A stretch of 32,000 nucleotides of DNA from Desulfobulbus propionicus DSM 2032 (lineage in GTDB: Bacteria > Desulfobacterota > Desulfobulbia > Desulfobulbales > Desulfobulbaceae), in the NCBI RefSeq assembly GCF_000186885.1, contig NC_014972.1, positions 3,210,001 through 3,242,000 on the forward strand. The letters are read 5' to 3'. A program made the position numbers and the translations under genes. This document shows, in pieces, positions 25,921 to 32,000 of the stretch (positions are counted from its first letter, which is position 1; every line of letters starts with the position of its first letter). The notes under the pieces are model-generated. The model had not been told where the DNA came from and made no database searches. It saw nothing but the letters and a program-made list of their open reading frames with translations.

Positions 25921-27162
25921 ATGTATACTCTATCGAAATGGAAAGCAACTCCTGCGCTCACGGCCGCGACCTTTTTTCTAGGGGCCATGATATTGCTTTG
26001 TACCTTTGCCACCGGTGCGATGGCCGCGGAAAAATTTCCGCTTTACCCCTGTATCCAACCCAACGTCCATTTTTGGGAGCAGGTATACAGCCGTTATACG
26101 ACCCGGCAGGGTATTCTGCACGATATTGACAATCTCTCTCAAGTATACAGCATCATCGACTTGGTCGATCCAAAAATTCCTGGGGCCACGGCAATCAACA
26201 ACGCGCGTATCAGCTCGAAAAAAGAGCAACTCAAAAACATTCTGACACGGCTGGGCAACGGGCAGCCGCCACGCACCGCCGAAGAGCGGCGGATAGCCTC
26301 ACTTTTTCACAAACAGCCGCGTAGCGCATTCCATAAGGCCAAGGACAATTTTCGGTTCCAGTTGGGCCAAAAGGATCGTTTTCACGAAGGGGTTATTCGC
26401 TCGGGAAAATATCTGGCTCAATTCCAGAAGATCTTTACGGCCCACCGGCTTCCTGTGGAGTTGGCCTACTTGCCGCATGTGGAATCCTCCTTCAATCCGA
26501 AAGCGTACAGTAAAGCGGGCGCCGCCGGTTTGTGGCAATTCACCCGGTCAACCGGGAAAGATTACATGAACATCAACCAGCTGGTGGATGAGCGCTACGA
26601 CCCCTACCTGGCGACCCAAGCCGCTGCCCGTCTGCTCAAGGAGAATTATGCGGCCCTCCAATCATGGCCATTGGCCATTACCGCCTATAATTACGGTAAA
26701 GCAGGAATGATGCGAGCGCTCAAGGAACACGGGAGTTATGTCAACATTTTCAATTCGTATGACCAAGGGTATTTCAAGTTTGCCTCTCGGAATTTCTATG
26801 CGGAATTCGTCGCCGCCACGCGGGTTGCCAAGCGATGGGAGAAGCATCCGAACCTCGTCCCCGAGAAACCGGAAGCAACCTTCACCCTCCGCCTCAAGGA
26901 GGACACCCCTATCACCCGTTTACGCACCACCTTTGGCCTGAACCACGAACAATTCATCCGTTTGAATCCCGCTCTGCAAAAACCGGTCATTTCCGGGCAA
27001 CACCCGGTTCCCAAAGGGGCTCTGGTTCGCCTGCCGGCGAAGGCTCGGGCAAAGGAATCGCGTGTCGCTTTCATTAACCCACCAAAATCACCGGCTATTA
27101 AAATGCCCTCGAAACTCGCTGCCCCACGTGGCTCATCAGGCGTGCGTTACAGTATGAACTAG
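25921..27162 (+). CDS. Lytic murein transglycosylase (SLT domain, MltD-like) with a degenerate C-terminal LysM-like segment
   Basis: Signal/TM segment (TAATFFLGAMILLCTFATGAMA). SLT catalytic motif LAYLPHVESSFNPKAYSKAGAAGLWQFTRSTG...AYNYG. The C-terminal TPITRLRTTFGLNHEQFIRLNPAL.....G..VPKGALVRLP resembles LysM. Confidence 0.8.
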   Translation: MYTLSKWKATPALTAATFFLGAMILLCTFATGAMAAEKFPLYPCIQPNVHFWEQVYSRYTTRQGILHDIDNLSQVYSIIDLVDPKIPGATAINNARISSKKEQLKNILTRLGNGQPPRTAEERRIASLFHKQPRSAFHKAKDNFRFQLGQKDRFHEGVIRSGKYLAQFQKIFTAHRLPVELAYLPHVESSFNPKAYSKAGAAGLWQFTRSTGKDYMNINQLVDERYDPYLATQAAARLLKENYAALQSWPLAITAYNYGKAGMMRALKEHGSYVNIFNSYDQGYFKFASRNFYAEFVAATRVAKRWEKHPNLVPEKPEATFTLRLKEDTPITRLRTTFGLNHEQFIRLNPALQKPVISGQHPVPKGALVRLPAKARAKESRVAFINPPKSPAIKMPSKLAAPRGSSGVRYSMN

Positions 27163-27329
27163 GCGGATTTTTTTCTCCAGCGCCTGGCGACCACGGTCGT
27201 GGTTCCAGGACAACAGCGGTAACAACCGATTATTTTTTCACCAACTGTTCATCCGCTTTGACCACCGGCTGAGCAGATCTTTCCATTCCAACAGCAACCT
27301 TCAAGCAACAGCTCACGGGACAACCAACC

Positions 27330-27692
27330 ATGGATATTTCAAAAACCATCGAGACCATGAAAAAACGGCACGACTTCAACGATAAAGTCGGCATGATCCT
27401 CATTCACAACGGCACCGTGCGCAACTGGTCCCGAAACGGACATCAAGACGTAATCGCTCTGGAGACGACCGTACATCATGAAAAGTTAGAACAATTACGC
27501 AAAGAATACCTTGAACGGCCGGGTATTTATGACATAATAATCGAAGCCCGCTCCGGCCGGTTTCTCCCAGGAGACGATTTATTGTTTATCATCGTTGCCG
27601 GCGATATCCGAGAGCATATCAAACCGGTCTTGGCCGAGTTGCTTGACCGGATCAAGGCGGAAGCGGTCACCAAGAAAGAAATTACGCCTTAA
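27330..27692 (+). CDS. MoaE-like protein (molybdopterin synthase catalytic-subunit family; short and divergent)
   Basis: It aligns by eye to E. coli MoaE: GMILIHNGTVRN (cf. GAVVTFTGKVRN), ALE (cf. LEHY), RSGRFLPGDDLLFIIVAG (cf. HRIGELWPGDEIVFVGVTS), LLDRIKAEAVTKKE (cf. IMDYLKTRAPFWKRE). The two HR dipeptides of E. coli MoaE are not conserved. Confidence 0.55.
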   Translation: MDISKTIETMKKRHDFNDKVGMILIHNGTVRNWSRNGHQDVIALETTVHHEKLEQLRKEYLERPGIYDIIIEARSGRFLPGDDLLFIIVAGDIREHIKPVLAELLDRIKAEAVTKKEITP

Positions 27693-27740
27693 CCACTCCT
27701 GTTGCCTCAGCACAAGCGGTTTGCGCCAAGGAGCCCCTTC

Positions 27741-28586
27741 ATGCCCCCAGCCGCATCACTGATAGAAAATTTCAAAAAAATAAGAACATTACCGCATATC
27801 GTCACCCGTCTGGTTCAACTGGTCAATGATGAGGAATCGACACTGCAAGACTTTGAGGCGGTCATTCGCCTGGATCCCGCCCTGGTGGCCCGTCTGCTAA
27901 CCCTGGTGAACAGTTCCTACTTCGGGTTGGCCAGGAAGGTTGATTCCATTTCCCGGGCCGTCGCGTTGCTCGGGATGAAAAACCTCCATAATATCGCGGT
28001 CACTGACGCTATTCAGGGCATGCTTCGCAGCAGTTCCGGCACTGTCGAATTCTCGCCGCAACGCCTATGGCTCCATAGCGCCGCGTCGGGTATCTGCTGC
28101 AAGATGATTGCCGAACGCATTTTTACCATCAACGGCGATGACGCCTATCTCTGTGGTGTCTTGCACGATATTGGATTAATCGTTGAAATGGAGGTGGAAC
28201 AAGAAATCTTTTTGCAGTTAATTGAGCAATTAACCGCGGGCGGACCCGCGATTATCGAACTGGAACAGCAACTGCTCGGCACCGATCACTGTCAAATCGG
28301 CTACCTCCTTGCCCAGGAATGGCGCATCCCTGGCCCAATCGCCGAAGCAATCCGTGACCACCATCACGACAACGGTCATATCATTCCCCATTCGCCGACA
28401 GGTATCCTCCAAATGAGCGAATACATCATCCAACAGTTGAACTTCCCTGCCGTTAAGGAGGGGCTCCCCGCCAGTCTCGCCCCGGCCCTGGCGACACATA
28501 TTCAGAGCAATGTGGAAGAATACAGGGTTCTTGCGGAAGATCTCCCGGAAGAATTGGAAAAAACCGAAAAAATGTATGGTGGCTAA
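27741..28586 (+). CDS. HDOD domain signalling protein
   Basis: [59 protein letters not shown] and [10 protein letters not shown] match the HDOD signature. SD AAGGAG lies 7 nt before ATG 27741; the track's start is a TTG at 27702. Confidence 0.85.
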   Translation: MPPAASLIENFKKIRTLPHIVTRLVQLVNDEESTLQDFEAVIRLDPALVARLLTLVNSSYFGLARKVDSISRAVALLGMKNLHNIAVTDAIQGMLRSSSGTVEFSPQRLWLHSAASGICCKMIAERIFTINGDDAYLCGVLHDIGLIVEMEVEQEIFLQLIEQLTAGGPAIIELEQQLLGTDHCQIGYLLAQEWRIPGPIAEAIRDHHHDNGHIIPHSPTGILQMSEYIIQQLNFPAVKEGLPASLAPALATHIQSNVEEYRVLAEDLPEELEKTEKMYGG

Positions 28587-28597
28587 GGAGTTCGTCC

Positions 28598-30751
28598 GTG
28601 GCGCTGACCTCTCTGTTTGCCGATCTCGTCGATCCCCTTGGTGAATTGGCCGCCTTGCTCGCGCACCTGGAACAGGAGACGGATGCCCTCTCGTTCTTCT
28701 GCCTCAATCAATCTGGACACCATGTCGCTTCTGAACATTTTCCTCTTTCTGCCCAGCAGGCGATAGCGCATATCGACGAAAACGAAAAAAAATCATCGGA
28801 GCTCATCTTCACCGTCCAAGGGCACATCTTCTCCCTCTTGGTGGTCCCGGACCTGCAAAGCTATGTGTTGGCAACCCCGCATGGCCCGGCCGCACGGGAT
28901 GCCGAATTGTGGATATCCACCATCATTCGCCTTGCGGTTCGACTGTTTCTTTCCCATCGGGAAACTGTGGAAACGATCAACAGGCTCCGTATTCAAAAGA
29001 AACAATTTGATCGGAAGTCCGCTGTGCTGGAAAAGAAATTCCAGGATATCATGGTGGAGAACGAACAAAATTACTTAAAAATACAGGAGCAGCAACGCAA
29101 CTATTCCGAAACACTGCAGGCGGAAATCAGACAGCAAACAGCTGAGTTACGTGCGGCAAAAAAGGAAGCTGAAGCCGCCAATATCGCCAAAAGCGAATTT
29201 CTGGCAGCGATGAGCCATGAGATTCGCACACCGATGAACGGCATTATTGGCTTTACCGACATGCTGCTCGATACCGGTCTGGACGAAGAGCAACAAGAAT
29301 TTGCGCAGACCATCAAACGAAGCGCCAGTGCCCTCCTGTCCCTCATCAATGACATTCTCGATTTTTCCAAGGTTGAAGCGGGCAAGCTCGACCTCGAATG
29401 CATTCCTTTTGATCCCGAAATCACGGCGCAGGATGTGTGTGACCTGGTCAGGCCCAAGGTCGCCTCCCGGCCGATAGAGGTGCTCTGCCGAATTGACGAC
29501 ACCTTGCCGGCCAACGTCATGGGTGATCCTGGACGATACCGTCAGGTTTTAGTCAATCTGATGGGTAATTCGGCCAAATTCACCAAGAAAGGCGAATTGG
29601 AGCTGGCGATAGCGGTTGATGACGAAACGGAAGAGACAATTACCCTGCACGCCCGTATTCGCGATACAGGAATCGGTATTCCCGAAGAGAAACTCGAATC
29701 CATATTCGAGGCGTTTCGCCAGGCGGATGGTTCCACGACCCGTGAATACGGGGGGACGGGCCTCGGCCTGTCCATCTGCCGCAAAATCGCCGCCCTGATG
29801 CACGGTCACGTCTGGGCGGAAAGTGAACTCGATGTCGGTAGCACCTTCCATTTCACCGCCACATTGAACAAGGCTCCCCAACAGCGAATCAAACGATTCA
29901 ACCGCGTCAGCTTGGCCAACAAGCGGGTCTTGGTCGTTGACGACAATCTGACCAACCTCAGCATCCTCCGGCATATTCTCATGGCGGCCGAACTGCATGT
30001 TGTCGCCATCCATGACAGTAGCAACGTTCGATCGGTGTTGCAGCAGGCCATCGAGAATCACGCTTTGTTTGATCTGATCATCCTGGATATTCAGATGCCT
30101 GCGCCGGATGGATACGCGCTTGCCCATATCATCCGACACGAGCTTGCGGAAACGGCTACAATCCCTTTGCTGGCTTACACCTCTTCGACAGAAAGAAACG
30201 CGCAACGGTGCAAGGAAGCGGGATTTGACGCCTTCCTCACGAAACCGACCCGACGGGAAATTCTCTTTAAAACCATCGAAAAACTTCTGGACCCCGAAGA
30301 GGTGATCGAAACTGCTCCCACCAAAGAAACCTTTATCACCCAATACAGCGTCCGCGAAGAGATAAAGCAATCGATACGAATCCTGCTTGCCGAAGACAAT
30401 CCGGTTAATCAGAAACTTGCCGTCCTCATTCTGAACAAGGCCGGTTATCAGGTTGAGGTCGCCAGCAATGGTCGCAAAGCCGTCGATCTATTTACCCGAC
30501 GCCCGGAAAATTTCGACCTGATCCTGATGGACATTCAGATGCCGGAGATGGATGGCCTGGCCGCCACCAAAGAGTTGCGAAGCAGGGGGTTCAACACGGT
30601 TCCCATCGTCGCCATGACCGCCAATGCCATGAAGGGGGATAGGGAAATCTGCCTGAAGGCAGGCATGAACGACTACATTACCAAGCCAGTGAAACGAGAA
30701 ATTATTTTTGAGATTATCGAGAAATGGCTGCATCGGGAATTGGGAAGATAG
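28598..30751 (+). CDS. Cytoplasmic hybrid sensor histidine kinase with two C-terminal receiver domains
   Basis: GTG start with SD TAAGGAG 7 nt upstream. HisKA H-box [18 protein letters not shown]; HATPase motifs ([25 protein letters not shown]). REC1: VLVVDDN...[12 protein letters not shown]2: [11 protein letters not shown]...[13 protein letters not shown]...[10 protein letters not shown]...DYITKP. There is no hydrophobic TM segment in the N-terminal ~190 aa. Confidence 0.9.
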   Translation: MALTSLFADLVDPLGELAALLAHLEQETDALSFFCLNQSGHHVASEHFPLSAQQAIAHIDENEKKSSELIFTVQGHIFSLLVVPDLQSYVLATPHGPAARDAELWISTIIRLAVRLFLSHRETVETINRLRIQKKQFDRKSAVLEKKFQDIMVENEQNYLKIQEQQRNYSETLQAEIRQQTAELRAAKKEAEAANIAKSEFLAAMSHEIRTPMNGIIGFTDMLLDTGLDEEQQEFAQTIKRSASALLSLINDILDFSKVEAGKLDLECIPFDPEITAQDVCDLVRPKVASRPIEVLCRIDDTLPANVMGDPGRYRQVLVNLMGNSAKFTKKGELELAIAVDDETEETITLHARIRDTGIGIPEEKLESIFEAFRQADGSTTREYGGTGLGLSICRKIAALMHGHVWAESELDVGSTFHFTATLNKAPQQRIKRFNRVSLANKRVLVVDDNLTNLSILRHILMAAELHVVAIHDSSNVRSVLQQAIENHALFDLIILDIQMPAPDGYALAHIIRHELAETATIPLLAYTSSTERNAQRCKEAGFDAFLTKPTRREILFKTIEKLLDPEEVIETAPTKETFITQYSVREEIKQSIRILLAEDNPVNQKLAVLILNKAGYQVEVASNGRKAVDLFTRRPENFDLILMDIQMPEMDGLAATKELRSRGFNTVPIVAMTANAMKGDREICLKAGMNDYITKPVKREIIFEIIEKWLHRELGR

Positions 30752-30765
30752 CAGGGGCGAACACA

Positions 30766-32000
30766 ATGGAGGATGCGTCTGGTTTATCATCCGCAAACGC
30801 CGCGCCGACAGCTCACATGGGCCGGCGTGGCCGTTTTCATCTGTGGGCCTTTTCGCCCGCCTCATCCAGCCGACGCGTTGATTGCTTTTTTCGCTTGTGC
30901 GCGCGCTTGCTGCTCATCATGCATCAGGAATTTATACGCACCCACCTGGCGCTTCGAGCCGCGGCCCTCACCTATTCCATCCTTCTTTCCCTTGTCCCCA
31001 TTCTGGCCTTGAGCACGTCCATTCTCAAGGGATTGGGCAACGATGAACAGCTCAAAACAACCATTGTTCGATTTATTGATCAGTGGGAACCGCCAATCCG
31101 TTCAGAAGGCGGTGGCGATATAACAGCCACCTCGCCACCCAGCGCTGATGTGACCATCACCAGCGGTGCTTCCAACGACCGGGTCCCCTCGCCGATCTCG
31201 ACCAACCTGCACCGTGCCGTTGATCTTATTTTTCAGTATGTTGACCGAACAAACTTTGCCGCGTTGGGGATTATCGGCATCATTGGCTTGATCGGGGTCA
31301 TTTTTCTCGTTCTGTCTTCGATCGAGGAGGCCATGAATGCCATCTGGCATACGCACAAAGGGCGGTCCCTATCCCGAAAGCTCATGGATTATCTGGGCCT
31401 GCTCCTCCTCCTCCCCCTCTCGCTCAATGTAGCCTTAGCCGCCGAGGCCATTCTTGCCAACGAACGTATCATGCGACAGTTGAGCATGATCATCCCCTCG
31501 GCCTGGATGGCGGCCTTGTTTTTCAAGCTGGTTCCTTTCATGTTCATCGTCCTCACCCTGATGATCATGTACCTCTTTTTTCCCCACACCAAGGTCCATT
31601 CGGGGGCGGCACTCACGGGTGCGCTGTTCGCCTCCTTCTTTTGGTTCGTTTTTCAAAAGATGTATATCACCCTGCAAATAGGAGTCGCCAATTACAACGC
31701 GATCTACGGCTCCTTTGCCTCCATTCCGCTCTTCCTGATCTGGCTGCAAATTGGCTGGACATTTATCCTGCTTGGCGCTTCCCTTGCCTATGCGATCCAA
31801 CACCAACATCACTATCGCTTTTCGATTAGTCCCGCCTCGCCGCAAAAACAGCTGCAATTGGCCTTTGACATTCTGCACCTTGTCTACAAAAATTTCGACA
31901 ATCGCCACCCCACCTCCATCGCCGCATTGGAAAACAATCTTCCCGGAAACACCGGCCCGGACATTCAGAAGGTGATTTCACTTCTCGTGCAAGGTGGTTT
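30766..32000 (+). CDS. YihY/BrkB (virulence factor BrkB / 'RNase BN-like') family inner-membrane protein; 3' end beyond the window
   Basis: Not in the ORF track because it is open-ended. My frame-1 translation stays open to position 32000: ...LRAAALTYSILLSLVPILALSTSIL...FAALGIIGIIGLIGVIFLVLSSIEEAMNAIW...YGSFASIPLFLIWLQIGWTFILLGASLAYA. This matches YihY family motifs. The start is uncertain: ATG 30766, 15 nt after the kinase stop with AGGGG upstream, or ATG 30817. Confidence 0.75.
   Translation, partial: MEDASGLSSANAAPTAHMGRRGRFHLWAFSPASSSRRVDCFFRLCARLLLIMHQEFIRTHLALRAAALTYSILLSLVPILALSTSILKGLGNDEQLKTTIVRFIDQWEPPIRSEGGGDITATSPPSADVTITSGASNDRVPSPISTNLHRAVDLIFQYVDRTNFAALGIIGIIGLIGVIFLVLSSIEEAMNAIWHTHKGRSLSRKLMDYLGLLLLLPLSLNVALAAEAILANERIMRQLSMIIPSAWMAALFFKLVPFMFIVLTLMIMYLFFPHTKVHSGAALTGALFASFFWFVFQKMYITLQIGVANYNAIYGSFASIPLFLIWLQIGWTFILLGASLAYAIQHQHHYRFSISPASPQKQLQLAFDILHLVYKNFDNRHPTSIAALENNLPGNTGPDIQKVISLLVQGG

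Noticed and set aside
27163-27329. Possible Moco riboswitch upstream of the moaE-like gene, and a hairpin at 27183..27209 (cctgg-accac...gtggt-ccagg)
   Set aside because: I could not find the conserved Moco-motif elements as I remember them. The hairpin has no adjacent T tract, so I do not call it a terminator or riboswitch. A covariance-model search with Rfam Moco_RNA_motif would settle this.
29549-30370. 273-aa minus-strand ORF opposite the hybrid kinase
   Set aside because: It is an antisense shadow of a CDS with complete HisKA, HATPase and REC motifs.
30773-31012. 79-aa plus-strand ORF from the track
   Set aside because: It is out of frame with the open-ended YihY/BrkB reading frame, which covers the same DNA and carries family motifs through to the window end.
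1-32000. Searched for mobile elements, CRISPR repeats, long direct or inverted repeats, and defence-system signatures
   Set aside because: I saw no transposase, integrase or recombinase ORFs, no regularly spaced repeats, and no att-like flanking duplications. Gene content is housekeeping throughout.

Overview
This is a 32 kb, densely coded chromosomal segment that looks like core genome, not an accessory island. I found no transposase, integrase, CRISPR array, tRNA or rRNA gene. The gene content points to a diderm, probably Desulfobacterota/deltaproteobacterial-type organism; that is inference only. It rests on Pal, Skp and LolA co-occurring with RNase Y, futalosine-pathway mqnB/mqnD, a yicC-remA-gmk block, and MucR-type and HDOD/hybrid-kinase signalling genes. 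I support 31 protein-coding genes. Two run off the window edges and are absent from the ORF track: an arginyl/leucyl-transferase at 1..331 (-) and a YihY/BrkB membrane protein from about 30766 to 32000 (+). Gene order: bpt' | mobA::gdhA-mqnD-mqnB (- strand, overlapping stop/start codons) | queA | fmdB-like | mucR-like | murI-lolA | yfcE-like | S1-domain protein | rlmB-gmk-remA-yicC | hldA(rfaE)-skp | pal | glgP | small hypothetical + radical SAM | dus | fur-family | tyrS-rny | long leader / candidate 6S RNA | zapA-zapB | NUDIX | mltD-like | moaE-like-HDOD-hybrid kinase | yihY'. Points most worth a second look: (1) mobA has no stop codon and reads in frame into a full-length glutamate dehydrogenase. 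(2) A roughly 680-nt noncoding stretch between zapA and rny holds a 6S-RNA-like element, a terminator, and a pair of mutually exclusive hairpins in the rny leader. (3) A tightly linked pair of an uncharacterised acidic protein and an atypical radical SAM enzyme with a roughly 190-aa N-terminal extension. (4) A divergent MoaE-like protein at the head of an HDOD/hybrid histidine kinase operon. I do not see a clear novel multi-gene system such as a defence or mobile system. All homology calls come from reading the translations against remembered family motifs, not from database searches.
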